Source of the DNA: Dehalococcoidia bacterium
GTDB lineage: Bacteria > Chloroflexota > Dehalococcoidia > Lucifugimonadales > UBA3495
DNA length: 64,000 nucleotides
Assembly: GCA_963667675.1 (NCBI GenBank)
Contig: OY763929.1
Location: forward strand, 814,358 to 878,357
Direction of reading: 5' to 3'
Positions 10,731 to 20,087 of the stretch are shown piece by piece. The position numbers were made by a program, and so were the translations under genes. The notes under the pieces were generated by a model that was not told where the DNA came from, did no database searches, and saw only the letters and a program-made list of their open reading frames with translations. The stretch's first letter is position 1, and each line of letters begins with the position of its first letter.

Positions 10731-11415
10731 GGCGCGCGTGCTGATCGCACCTTCGATTATGTCGGCAGACCTGGGCGACCTGACCAACCAGGTGCAGGCG
10801 GTCACCGCCGCCGGGGCCGACCTGATTCACGTAGACGTAATGGACGGCCATTTTGTGCCCAACATAACCATGGGCGAGGTCGTGGTGGACGCCATCAGGA
10901 AGGCGACCCACCTTCCACTGAACATTCACCTGATGATCTCGGAGCCGGATAACCTGCTGCCGACGTTCATGAAAGCGCCCACAGACCAGATACTGGTGCA
11001 CGCCGAGGCCTGCACCCACCTGCACCGGACGGTGGCTAGGGTGAAAGACGAGGGCAATCAGATCGGCGTGGCGGTCAACCCGGCGACGCCGTTGTCGGCG
11101 GTGGAGGAAGTGCTGCCCCTGCTGGACATCGTGCTGGTGATGTCGGTCAACCCAGGGTACGGAGGCCAGGCCTATATTCCGGCGTCGGTGGACAAAATTA
11201 AGCGGCTGAAGGGCATCCTGGACGACGGTGGACACGGGGCGGAGATCGAGGTCGACGGAGGGGTCAAGGCCGATTGGACCGCCGAGGAGTCGGTCAAGGC
11301 CGGAGCGACCATCCTGGTTTCGGGAACGGGTATCTTCAGCAAAGACCAGACGATAGTGCAGGCCATGGGCAACATGCGCTGCTGCATCGCCGGGGCGTTG
11401 AACAAGCCGAGCTAA
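10708..11415 (+). CDS. rpe: ribulose-phosphate 3-epimerase
   Basis: IAPSIMSAD and HVDVMDGHFVPN motifs. The ATG at 10708 overlaps the argH end; an alternative GTG at 10738 gives the more typical N-terminus. Confidence 0.9.
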   Translation: MRRLTVAEARVLIAPSIMSADLGDLTNQVQAVTAAGADLIHVDVMDGHFVPNITMGEVVVDAIRKATHLPLNIHLMISEPDNLLPTFMKAPTDQILVHAEACTHLHRTVARVKDEGNQIGVAVNPATPLSAVEEVLPLLDIVLVMSVNPGYGGQAYIPASVDKIKRLKGILDDGGHGAEIEVDGGVKADWTAEESVKAGATILVSGTGIFSKDQTIVQAMGNMRCCIAGALNKPS

Positions 11416-11474
11416 TAGACGGCCGGAGGACGGGGTAGTTCCAAGAGTGAGCGAGACCCGCGGTTAGGGACTGC

Positions 11475-11681
11475 TCACAGAGCGGCGAGGGCCTTCCGCA
11501 CCTTGGTGGACTTCTGCGCCGACCGCAGGCAGCGGCTGCAAATCTTGACCTTCACTGCCTTGCCTTCGTGGAACAGCGTCTGCTTGTGGACGTTGGCCTG
11601 AAAGCGGGTCTTGGTATGCCGGTTGGAGTGGCTGACGTTGCTGCCGCTCATGCCGGACTTCAAGCAAATTTCACATCTCAT
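11475..11681 (-). CDS. rpmB: 50S ribosomal protein L28
   Basis: MRCEICLKSGMSGSNVSHSNRHTKTRFQANV matches the L28 N-terminal pattern. The ORF track extends to 11717, but ATG 11681 fits the family. Confidence 0.85.
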   Translation of the reverse strand: MRCEICLKSGMSGSNVSHSNRHTKTRFQANVHKQTLFHEGKAVKVKICSRCLRSAQKSTKVRKALAAL

Positions 11682-11777
11682 AGTCGTTTGCACATCCTGT
11701 GAAGTCGCCAACACCATACCACAGCGGAGACTGTCGATACAAGGACACCCTGAGAACGCTACTGGCTCAGTTTGAAA

Positions 11778-12092
11778 TCAGGGCCGCTTATTCCATTCTC
11801 TCACGGGAGACCCTTTTAATAAACTTCTCACCCGGGCCCACAAAGCAAGAACTCGAGTCCACTGGCGAGGCCCACCCCGAGTACGCGCGGGCTTACCGGT
11901 CTGAGCCGCCTCCCACTTGGCCCAAAAAGCCGCTGTTCGTTCCTTCAACCATTTCTGATAGGCCGGAGACCTATCGCGGGCTTGCTGCTGAATTCTCCGC
12001 CAGCGCTTCCGGTTAGCGGCCCTTTGCGCCTCGTCTGCCGCCGCCCCAGCCCCCTTGTTCGCCTCGTACCATAGCCGGCTCTTTCCATTCAT
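11778..12092 (-). CDS. hypothetical basic protein (uncertain)
   Basis: 104-aa ORF starting 9 nt after the stop of the upstream gene on the same strand. A competing + strand ORF (11699..12016) exists. No homology recognised. Confidence 0.3.
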   Translation of the reverse strand: MNGKSRLWYEANKGAGAAADEAQRAANRKRWRRIQQQARDRSPAYQKWLKERTAAFWAKWEAAQTGKPARTRGGPRQWTRVLALWARVRSLLKGSPVREWNKRP

Positions 12093-12101
12093 GTTGAACC
12101 G

Positions 12102-12668
12102 CTACTCCTTTTCCTTTTCGAGTTCGCGCATGTCGTGCTCATGCGCTGCAATCTGTTCCTCTCTGAATGAGTTGAAGGCGTAGCCAAGATTCGCGAGGAT
12201 CGCGAACCCAGCGCCAAAACCAATCCATCCCCATCCGGTCGCGACGTACAGTCCTATCCCGCCTGCAATGATGAGGACAGATACCACTATCGCACCGATA
12301 GCTTGGGCCTTCCTGTCGTGCATCACGCCAAATTGCTTATGAAGCTCTTTGTTTCTCTCGGCAAATCTCGGGGTGTGCCACTCATCAGGCAGTTCGAGGT
12401 GGGCGTACTCATGCAGGAATAATGACGTAATCGCAAGGCCATCTTTGCGGTCTTCCATCAAGTTTTTCAGCGGACCCTTCACACAAATGATGCCGTAATG
12501 TGAGTGAGCGTGAGCGAGCACGTTATCCCAATTAGCGTGTCGGCAACCTCCAAACTGTTCAGCATACTCATTCATTGCGATCAGGCATGGGAACAGTTCT
12601 AAGAGTCCTTCACTTGGGAGATATTGTTGATACTGGTCGCGGTCGAGGTCAAGGTCTTGGTCTTGCAT
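12102..12668 (-). CDS. membrane protein with zincin-like HExxH motif (SprT/DUF45-like pattern)
   Basis: LFLHEYAHLELPDEWHTPRF (HExxH then H..F) followed by two hydrophobic helices (AIGAIVVSVLIIAGGIGLYV, IGFGAGFAILANLGYAF). AT-richer than neighbours. ATG at 12668. Confidence 0.55.
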   Translation of the reverse strand: MQDQDLDLDRDQYQQYLPSEGLLELFPCLIAMNEYAEQFGGCRHANWDNVLAHAHSHYGIICVKGPLKNLMEDRKDGLAITSLFLHEYAHLELPDEWHTPRFAERNKELHKQFGVMHDRKAQAIGAIVVSVLIIAGGIGLYVATGWGWIGFGAGFAILANLGYAFNSFREEQIAAHEHDMRELEKEKE

Positions 12669-12865
12669 TTGCCTATCCAATTTTAAAATAGCTAATGGAT
12701 TCGGATTTGGCGGAGAAGTAAACGGAACCCCGGGGAATATTCACCCGTGGTGGCTGCTTCATTATGTTGTTGGTTGTGGCCGGGATAACTGCCTGGATTG
12801 ACCTGGTCTGCCATCGCGTCTAATTCAAGCTAAGCCAGTTCCCGGAGAACGGTTGTTACTAACCC

Positions 12866-13258
12866 TTAGGCGTCATGTCCCCGGGTCCGATAAATCTCCA
12901 CCGACGCATTGTCCAATACCGAGCCGCGGATTGGCGGCCGCGGCTTTTTCAGGCGCACCCGGACCGCGTCCACCGGAAACTGGTCCAGCACTTTATCGGC
13001 GATGGTCTGGGCCACGGCTTCCAGCAGGTTCTTGGACTCTCCCTCAACTACTTCCTGGACTGCCCTGAATAACTGGGTGTAGCTTACCGTGTCTTCCAGG
13101 CGGTCGGATGAGCCCGCCGCGCCCAGGTCCAACTCCACTTCCAAGTCCACGACGTAGGCTTGTCCCAGGGCTTTTTCCTCGGGGTTGGCCCCGTGGTAGC
13201 CGTATAGCTGGACGCCTTCCAGGATGATGCGGTCGGGGGGATGCAGCTGGTCAGTCAT
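12866..13258 (-). CDS. folB: dihydroneopterin aldolase
   Basis: YGYHGANPEEKALGQAYVVDLE core and FolB-typical length (130 aa). Confidence 0.85.
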   Translation of the reverse strand: MTDQLHPPDRIILEGVQLYGYHGANPEEKALGQAYVVDLEVELDLGAAGSSDRLEDTVSYTQLFRAVQEVVEGESKNLLEAVAQTIADKVLDQFPVDAVRVRLKKPRPPIRGSVLDNASVEIYRTRGHDA

Positions 13259-13275
13259 AAGTGGCCGGAGTCAGG

Positions 13276-14166
13276 TCAGCCAGCGGAGGCTTGTTGACGG
13301 GCTTGAATGGCATCGGCCTGGGATAGCAGGTTCCGGGCCCTTTTGAGGACGGGCACGTCGATCATGCGCTCGCCGAGAGCCACCGATCCCCGGCCCTCGG
13401 CTTCGGCCTGGTTCCAGGCCTCCACCACCTGCCGGGCGTAGTCGACGTCGTCCGGCGACGGGCTGAAGGTCTCGTTGATGATTTCCAGTTGGGCGGGATG
13501 GATGGCGAACCTGCCGGTGTAGCCCATCTGCCGCGACGCCCGGCAGTCCTCACCAAGCCCTTCCGGGTCTCGGAAGCGCACGAACGGGGAGTCGAGGGAG
13601 GCCACCCCGGCAGCCCGGGCCGCCACCGGGACCAGGGAGCGGGGGAAGTGTACCTCTTGGCCCGTGTCGGTGCGTTGAAGTCCCATGTCGTTGGTGTAGT
13701 CTTCAGCGCCGAAGGCAATGGCGACGATGCGGGGCGACACCAAGGCTATTTTTTCGCAGGCCAGGACGGCCTTGGAGTTCTCTATCCAGGGAATGAGCTT
13801 GATACCGCCCGGCTCCAGGCCGGCCGAGGACTCGGCGACGGTTACGATGCGGTCGGATTCCCGCATGTCCCAAACGGACTCGGTCTTGCCGATGCTGAAT
13901 CCGTACAGGTCAGGCCCGGCCAGTGCGGTCACCTCGCTTGCGGTCAGGCCCGTATCCAGGGAGTTTACCCGGACCATTACCGTTTTGCCGCTGCAGCGGA
14001 GCTTGGGAGCCCACTCCGCGGCCATGTCCCGTGCGGCGACTTTCTCCGCCGGGGGCACCGAGTCCTCCAGGTCAACCATGATGACGTCGGCGTCGAAGGA
14101 TAGGGCCTTCTCCAGCATGCTGGGCCGGTTGCCGGGCACGAATATCAGGCTGCGCAGCAAGTTCAA
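13276..14166 (-). CDS. HpcH/HpaI aldolase - citrate lyase beta subunit (CitE)-like / (S)-citramalyl- or malyl-CoA lyase family
   Basis: LRSLIFVPGNRPSMLEKA and VDLEDSV motifs. 296 aa. TTG start. Confidence 0.85.
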   Translation of the reverse strand: MNLLRSLIFVPGNRPSMLEKALSFDADVIMVDLEDSVPPAEKVAARDMAAEWAPKLRCSGKTVMVRVNSLDTGLTASEVTALAGPDLYGFSIGKTESVWDMRESDRIVTVAESSAGLEPGGIKLIPWIENSKAVLACEKIALVSPRIVAIAFGAEDYTNDMGLQRTDTGQEVHFPRSLVPVAARAAGVASLDSPFVRFRDPEGLGEDCRASRQMGYTGRFAIHPAQLEIINETFSPSPDDVDYARQVVEAWNQAEAEGRGSVALGERMIDVPVLKRARNLLSQADAIQARQQASAG

Positions 14167-14275
14167 GCGTCGTCTACTCCATTGGAACGGTAAGATTCTG
14201 GAGGGCAGGATCTGCTACCACTTATTGTTGGGGTGTCAATAGGATTCCACTAAAATGCAAGCTGCCCATAGCTAG

Positions 14276-14980
14276 TTACCTGCCTTTCGCTAACACGGTG
14301 TCGGCTATGGAGACAGCATCGACTCGAAATTTCTGAAACTGGTCAATATTTTTGTCAGTTATGCCGATCTGATATTCAACACCTCCACGGTGCTGCCTGC
14401 TTCGAGTTGGATATTCGTCAACCTCCGTGTTCGACAATACCCAATAGAGCAACCGGTCAACCCATACTCCAATGAACACAAAAACATCACAGGTGTCGAG
14501 CTTCAGTTGCTGAAAATTCATCCAAAACGGTGCACCTGAGTTGTAGTGTAGAGCCTTAGAGACCAACTCTCCTCGCACTTTCGTGTCTATGGCACGTGCC
14601 GCTTTGACTTCAACCTTCACAGTTTCCAACAGGAGATCATATTGCCCATCGTAGTTGGGATCTACTGTACGATCCGGCTTGCGAAAACGAGAGTCCAAAT
14701 CTCTCAAATGTTGTTCTCCCCATATTTGGCCGAAAATTCTGGGAGCTAAACCAAAGAGTCCCAGGTAACGGTTGTCTGATATGTATGTACTGCGAAGATG
14801 TTCGTACTCTGTGAAAGAAATAATCTTACGATCCATGAGAAAGGACAAGATGTATTCATATTCGTTAAACGGGAATACAGGAATCAGGCCTTCCAGCCTG
14901 GCCGACAATATATTACGGTCTTGGCAGGGCAGAGATGGAATCAACGTTTCTAGGTAGGCCCGAAGCTCCCGCTGGTCCAT
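14276..14980 (-). CDS. putative Type II restriction endonuclease (PD-(D/E)xK-like)
   Basis: 234-aa AT-rich ORF whose ATG overlaps the upstream methyltransferase stop (TAATG). Candidate catalytic motif YDLLLETVKVEVKAARA. No family recognised by eye. Confidence 0.5.
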   Translation of the reverse strand: MDQRELRAYLETLIPSLPCQDRNILSARLEGLIPVFPFNEYEYILSFLMDRKIISFTEYEHLRSTYISDNRYLGLFGLAPRIFGQIWGEQHLRDLDSRFRKPDRTVDPNYDGQYDLLLETVKVEVKAARAIDTKVRGELVSKALHYNSGAPFWMNFQQLKLDTCDVFVFIGVWVDRLLYWVLSNTEVDEYPTRSRQHRGGVEYQIGITDKNIDQFQKFRVDAVSIADTVLAKGR

Positions 14981-16011
14981 TAGTGCCGTATTAATTCAGG
15001 GAATGGGTTTCGCCATTGCCAGCCAGTCTTCCGGGTAGCTCTGAAGTGTTCAAGCCTCCTGATTGTCAACTCGGCTAATACGGGATCGTTGTCGCAAGTG
15101 TATATTTTTCTATCTAGGCGTTCCCCAGCCAACAAAGTAGTGCCAGAGTGCGCAAACATATCAAGGACTAAATGGCCGGAGTCGCTGCTAGATTCGATGA
15201 TTCTCTCGATCGCCTTGAGCGGTTTTTGCGCGTAACAGCCAGGAACGTTCTCCTCCATACGGTAGAAAACCTGCTGAATGTCAACCCATACATTCCCAGG
15301 CCTAATCGTATTTGACTTACTCCGTTCAAGGTTTTCAGTCAGCTTTCCATTGACTTCCTTATAGTAGCCTTTGAGTATCTTGGGAATGCCAGTGTAGACA
15401 ACATTGAAACCTGGTCTGCCACGAACGTAGTGCAATAATTCTTGCCGTACCCACATCCAGTTCTTTTGGGTTCCATAACCTCGTTGATTCCTCAACGTGA
15501 TTAGGTTTCTTGGCTGAATTTCAGGGAACTCCCTCATCAAAATCATGATATCGGGTAAAGGTTGGAATTGATCTCGATAGTCAGCACCAATCCAACAATA
15601 CAGGTGAGAATCTTCCTTCATGGCACTAATCGCGTTGGCAACCCAGGCGCGCGAAAAACTTAGATAATTCCCCAAGTTGGTTTTCGACAAGCTTGCAGAG
15701 TTCGCGTTGCCAACGACAACGTTATAAGGAGGATCGTTAACCACTAGGTCAGCCTTCTCGTTGCCGAGTAGGCGTTCCATATCACCAGCTTGTGTAGCAT
15801 CTAAAACGCCCACTCTATGCCCACGAACAGGGTCTTCCCAGACTTCCCCCTCATTTAAACGGCAATATTGCAAGAGGCGGCTACTTAATTCGAGGTCAAC
15901 GTCGAGCCTGCCCAACCTTTCAGAAGTAGAATGCTTCCCAGACGGTTTTGTTTCTGCCTCACTCACCGCTTGATGATCCGTGAATAATGTGCCCTGTCGG
16001 TTAAGCTTCAT
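14980..16011 (-). CDS. DNA methyltransferase, beta-class (N6-adenine or N4-cytosine)
   Basis: Motif IV VVNDPPYN precedes motif I DMFAHSGTTLLAG, which is the beta permutation. AT-rich relative to flanks. Confidence 0.85.
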   Translation of the reverse strand: MKLNRQGTLFTDHQAVSEAETKPSGKHSTSERLGRLDVDLELSSRLLQYCRLNEGEVWEDPVRGHRVGVLDATQAGDMERLLGNEKADLVVNDPPYNVVVGNANSASLSKTNLGNYLSFSRAWVANAISAMKEDSHLYCWIGADYRDQFQPLPDIMILMREFPEIQPRNLITLRNQRGYGTQKNWMWVRQELLHYVRGRPGFNVVYTGIPKILKGYYKEVNGKLTENLERSKSNTIRPGNVWVDIQQVFYRMEENVPGCYAQKPLKAIERIIESSSDSGHLVLDMFAHSGTTLLAGERLDRKIYTCDNDPVLAELTIRRLEHFRATRKTGWQWRNPFPELIRH

Positions 16012-16047
16012 AAATCCTGTACTGCTATGAGCGGAGTCCCCCCGGCC

Positions 16048-18837
16048 CTATTCCATGTCGCCCCAGGTGGGGCCCCACTTGGCGTCGACTTTCAGGGACA
16101 CGTCCAGGGCATGGGCGGCGGGCATCTCTTCCAGGGCCAACTCGTGCAGCATGTCCAATTCGTCCTGGGGGACCTCGAACACCAACTCGTCATGCACCTG
16201 CAGCAGCATCTTGGTGCGCATTTTCTCCCGCTCCAGGCGGTCCTGGACTTTAATCATGGCCAGCTTCATTATGTCCGCGGCGGTGCCTTGAATGGGCATG
16301 TTGATTGCCATCCGCTCCGCCGCCCCGCGCACGTTGAAGCTGGATGCGTTGATGTCAGGCACGTAGCGGCGGCGTCCCATCACCGTCTCCACGAACTGGC
16401 ATTCCCGGGTCTTGGCTTTGACGCCCTCCAGGTATTCGCTTATGCCGGGGTACTTGGCGAAATAGGTCTCGATGAAATGGATTCCCTCTTCACGGCTGAA
16501 CCCCGTCTGCTGGGATATGCCGTGGGCGGACAGGCCGTAAATCACGCCAAAGTTGAGCACCTTGGCGATGCGCCGCATGTCCGAGTTCACCTGGTCGATG
16601 GGTGTCTCGAACATCAGCGACGCCGTCGACGAGTGAATGTCCTCCCCCCGTTTGAACGCTTCCAGCAGTCCCTCGTCCCGTGACAAATGGGCCAGCACGC
16701 GCAACTCGATCTGGGAGTAGTCGGCGGAGAAGAGCAGCCAGTCAGACCCGTCGGCGACGAAAGCCTTGCGCACCTGGCGGCCCAGTTCGGTGCGGATTGG
16801 GATGTTCTGCAGGTTGGGGTCGCTGCTGGAGATGCGGCCGGTGGCGGATCCCGTTTGGTTGTAGCTGGTGTGTATGCGCCCGGTGACGGGGTTCACCATC
16901 TCGGGCAGGGCGTCGACGTAGGTGGACTTGAGCTTGGATATCTGCCGGTATTCCAGGATCTGGTCCACAACCGGGTGCAGCCCCCGGAGCATCTCCAAGG
17001 AGTTGGCGTCGGTGGAATAGCCGGTCTTGGTGCGCTTGGTCTTGGGCAGGCCCAACTCCTGGAAGAGCACCTGGCTCAGTTGCTGCGGCGAGTTTATGTT
17101 GACGGCGTGGCCGATGCTGCGGTACAGGTCCGTCTCCACCTGCTGCAACTGCTGGTTTAGGTCCCGCGACATCTCGTGCAAAGCGCCGGCGTCAAGCTTG
17201 ATGCCGTGACGCTGCATGGTCACCAGCACCGGCGTCAGGGGCATCTCCATCTCATTCAGCAGCGAGGTCAAACCCTCGTTGGCCAGTTGGCCCTCCAACT
17301 CCCGGCGCAGGCGGCCGGTCATGTCGGCATCGGCGGCGGCGTAGGGCAGGGCCGATTCGATGGATACCTGGTCGAAGGTAAGCTGCTTGCGCCCCGTTCC
17401 GATGAGTTGGGAGATGGGAGTCATCTCTAGGCCCAAGACGTCCAGTGACAGGTTCTTGAGTCCAAGGGCGTTCCTGCCCAGCAAGTGGGCGGCAATCATG
17501 GTGTCGAAGTCGACGTTGCGGCATTCAATGCCGTATCCGGCCAGCACCGCCATATCATAGTTCGCGTTGTGAGCGCACTTAGCCAAGTCCGGCGACTCCA
17601 GCAATGGCCTTAATTGAGCCAGTACTTCCTCCGCGGGAAGTTGAGCGCCCTCGTTGTGGCCCACGGGAACGTACCAGGCCCTGCCGGGAGCGGTGGCGAA
17701 GCTTAACCCGACGAGGTTGGCCTGCATGGGGTCCAGCGAAGTGGTCTCGGTGTCGAAAGCGAAAGAACCCGATTCGTGCAGCGCGGCCAGCATGGACTCT
17801 AACTGCTGTTGTGTCTGCACCACCTGGTAGTCCGCGTCGGTGGAGGGGCCTGCAAGTCCGGGTTGGGCGCCGCCGTCGCCGGCGGGAGCAGAACCGGGCG
17901 CGGCTGCCGGGAGCCGCTGTATCACGCTGAAGAATTCCAACTCCGTCAGGAAGTCCACCACCGAGCGCCGGTCGTACTGGCCGAAGCGGCAGGCTTCCAG
18001 GTCCAACTCCACGGGGCTATGTTGGTCGATGGTGGTAAGTATCCGGTTCTCGAATGCCCGGTCACGGTGCTCGGCCAGGGACTCCTTGACGCTGGGCGGT
18101 TTGACCTCGTCCAGGTGCTCGTAGATGCCCTCCAGGTTGTGGAAGTCGGTCAGCAGGGAGACGGCCCGCTTCTCTCCGACCTTGGGTACGCCGGGTATGT
18201 TGTCGGAAGAGTCCCCCAGCAGCGCCTTGAAGTCCGGCTGCTGGGCGGAGGTGAGCCCGGAGTAGCGTTCGGCCAGCGCGGCCTCGTCGTAGACCTTGCG
18301 GTCCTGGATGCTGTAAGAAAGGTCCACGCGCACCCTGGGCGTGATCAACTGAAAGGTGTCCCGGTCGCCGGTCAGGATTACGGTGTCGACGCCTCGCTCC
18401 TCGGCCAGCCGGCTGATGGTGCCTATGACGTCGTCGGCCTCGTAGCCGTCCAACTCGAAAATGGGCACGTTGAAGGCCTGCATCAACTGCTTGACGCGGC
18501 CGAACTGTGGCCTCAACTCCGGAGGCGTTTCGGCCCGCTGGGCCTTGTACTCCTCGAACCGCTCGTGCCTGAACGTAGGAGCGGACGTATCGAAGGCAAT
18601 GCCGCAGTAGGTGGGATTCCAGTCCTGCAACGCCCGCAGGAATACGTTGGTGAACCCGTAGACGCCGGTTACGTCTTCGCCGGTGGAGCGGACGGTGAGG
18701 TGCCTCTGGACGGAAATGGCGTGAAACGAACGGTGCACCATGGCGTGCCCGTCCATCAGCATCAGCAAGGGCGGCCTGTCTTGCTGGTTTTCCTGGTCGA
18801 ACGAAAGCTGGGATTGGAAGGTGTTTTCCGGGGCCAT
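16048..18837 (-). CDS. polA: DNA polymerase I
   Basis: 5-prime nuclease N-terminus, 3-5 exo-like domain, and polymerase motifs A (LFSADYSQIELRVLAH), B (RRIAKVLNFGVIYG) and C (LQVHDELVFE). ATG 18837 (MAPENTF) chosen; the ORF opens at 18903. Confidence 0.95.
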   Translation of the reverse strand: MAPENTFQSQLSFDQENQQDRPPLLMLMDGHAMVHRSFHAISVQRHLTVRSTGEDVTGVYGFTNVFLRALQDWNPTYCGIAFDTSAPTFRHERFEEYKAQRAETPPELRPQFGRVKQLMQAFNVPIFELDGYEADDVIGTISRLAEERGVDTVILTGDRDTFQLITPRVRVDLSYSIQDRKVYDEAALAERYSGLTSAQQPDFKALLGDSSDNIPGVPKVGEKRAVSLLTDFHNLEGIYEHLDEVKPPSVKESLAEHRDRAFENRILTTIDQHSPVELDLEACRFGQYDRRSVVDFLTELEFFSVIQRLPAAAPGSAPAGDGGAQPGLAGPSTDADYQVVQTQQQLESMLAALHESGSFAFDTETTSLDPMQANLVGLSFATAPGRAWYVPVGHNEGAQLPAEEVLAQLRPLLESPDLAKCAHNANYDMAVLAGYGIECRNVDFDTMIAAHLLGRNALGLKNLSLDVLGLEMTPISQLIGTGRKQLTFDQVSIESALPYAAADADMTGRLRRELEGQLANEGLTSLLNEMEMPLTPVLVTMQRHGIKLDAGALHEMSRDLNQQLQQVETDLYRSIGHAVNINSPQQLSQVLFQELGLPKTKRTKTGYSTDANSLEMLRGLHPVVDQILEYRQISKLKSTYVDALPEMVNPVTGRIHTSYNQTGSATGRISSSDPNLQNIPIRTELGRQVRKAFVADGSDWLLFSADYSQIELRVLAHLSRDEGLLEAFKRGEDIHSSTASLMFETPIDQVNSDMRRIAKVLNFGVIYGLSAHGISQQTGFSREEGIHFIETYFAKYPGISEYLEGVKAKTRECQFVETVMGRRRYVPDINASSFNVRGAAERMAINMPIQGTAADIMKLAMIKVQDRLEREKMRTKMLLQVHDELVFEVPQDELDMLHELALEEMPAAHALDVSLKVDAKWGPTWGDME

Positions 18838-19082
18838 AGCGGCACCTCGACGGCTGCGGGCGGGTCTCCACTTGCCTGTGGAGATGGTGGCCGCATTATA
18901 CACCAGGCCCCCCTCTGCGGGTTGGGACTCCAGCTACTGACATTTCTCCGTTGACGGCCCAGGTAGTCGGTGCATAAACTGGTGCCGTAGGTAGCTCAAT
19001 GCGCAGGTTCCTCGCCATACACGGCTGTTGCCCTAGCGCCATATTGGGAGAGTTTGAGAGGCTTTGATAGGGGATCCGAAAT

Positions 19083-20087
19083 ATGGCGGTCGGGTATAGA
19101 CCCGCAATGGCGCACGATGTCTACGAGGACTGTCGTTCCTCGCTGGTAGGGTTATTGGATGCCGCTGCGCGGGGTTACTCGGACTGTTGGGGATCCTCTC
19201 CCGCTCTGCGCCAACTGCTGGACCTGGCGAGGGAAGTCCAGGACGGCCAACCTGCCGCAACTACGCCGCCATCCCGACCACTTACTTCGGGCCAAACGCT
19301 CGACCTCTTGGCGTCTTCCCGCCAGACCCTGTCGGTGTTGACGGCTGCGGATTCCGGGGCAGGGGGCTGCGCGGAGACCTACGGAAACCTGGCCCGGGCC
19401 ATAGACGCCGTGCTTGGGGACGCCGCGAGTGCGGTGCGCCGCGAGAAAGCCGGCAGGGTGCGGGGACTGTACGTAATTATCGACCCCGAGGTTACGGATG
19501 GGCGAGATCCCCTGGAGTTGGCGGTCGCGGCTGTCAGGGGCGGCGCCCGGATGCTGCAACTGCGGGACAAGCTGAGGGACAAGGGAGAAGTGTTGCCCTT
19601 GGCCGCGGCCATTCAGCGGCTTTGCCGGGACAACGACGTGGACCTGATCATCAACGACCACGCAGACCTGGCCGTCGCAACGGGCTGCGCCGGGCTTCAC
19701 GTGGGCCAGACCGACCTTCCGGTAGCTGAAGCGCGGCTCGTGCTGGCGCCGGAACAGGTGTTGGGCCGGTCTAACCATGAAATAGACGAACTGGTCGAGT
19801 CCCAGGAGATGGGCGCAGACCACCTGGCCTTTGGGCCTATATACGCCACCGGCACCAAGGACGTGGGCCGGCCGGAGCAGGGAATCACACGGCTGCGCGA
19901 GGCCAGGGACGCCACGCAACTGCCGCTGGTCGCCATCGGCGGAATTACCGCCGCCCACGCGGCACCCGTGGTGGAGGCCGGGGCGGATGCCGTGTGCGTC
20001 ACCGCGGCGGTCGGCCTGGCGCCGGAACCGGAGGCGGCTGCCTTGCGCCTGGTGCAAGCAATAGAGAACGCTGGAGGGCGGACCTGA
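19083..20087 (+). CDS. thiE: thiamine-phosphate synthase with ~125-aa N-terminal extension
   Basis: The C-terminal ~205 aa (GLYVIIDPE...LQLRDK...HVGQTDLP...AIGGI) is ThiE-like. The N-terminal extension has no recognised family. Confidence 0.8.
   Translation: MAVGYRPAMAHDVYEDCRSSLVGLLDAAARGYSDCWGSSPALRQLLDLAREVQDGQPAATTPPSRPLTSGQTLDLLASSRQTLSVLTAADSGAGGCAETYGNLARAIDAVLGDAASAVRREKAGRVRGLYVIIDPEVTDGRDPLELAVAAVRGGARMLQLRDKLRDKGEVLPLAAAIQRLCRDNDVDLIINDHADLAVATGCAGLHVGQTDLPVAEARLVLAPEQVLGRSNHEIDELVESQEMGADHLAFGPIYATGTKDVGRPEQGITRLREARDATQLPLVAIGGITAAHAAPVVEAGADAVCVTAAVGLAPEPEAAALRLVQAIENAGGRT

Noticed and set aside
18960-19082. Possible TPP riboswitch upstream of thiE.
   Set aside because: I could not find the conserved CUGAGA and ACCUGAUCUGGAUAAUGCCAGCG-like elements. 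Only a weak 'tgagag' is present. An Rfam RF00059 covariance-model scan would settle it.
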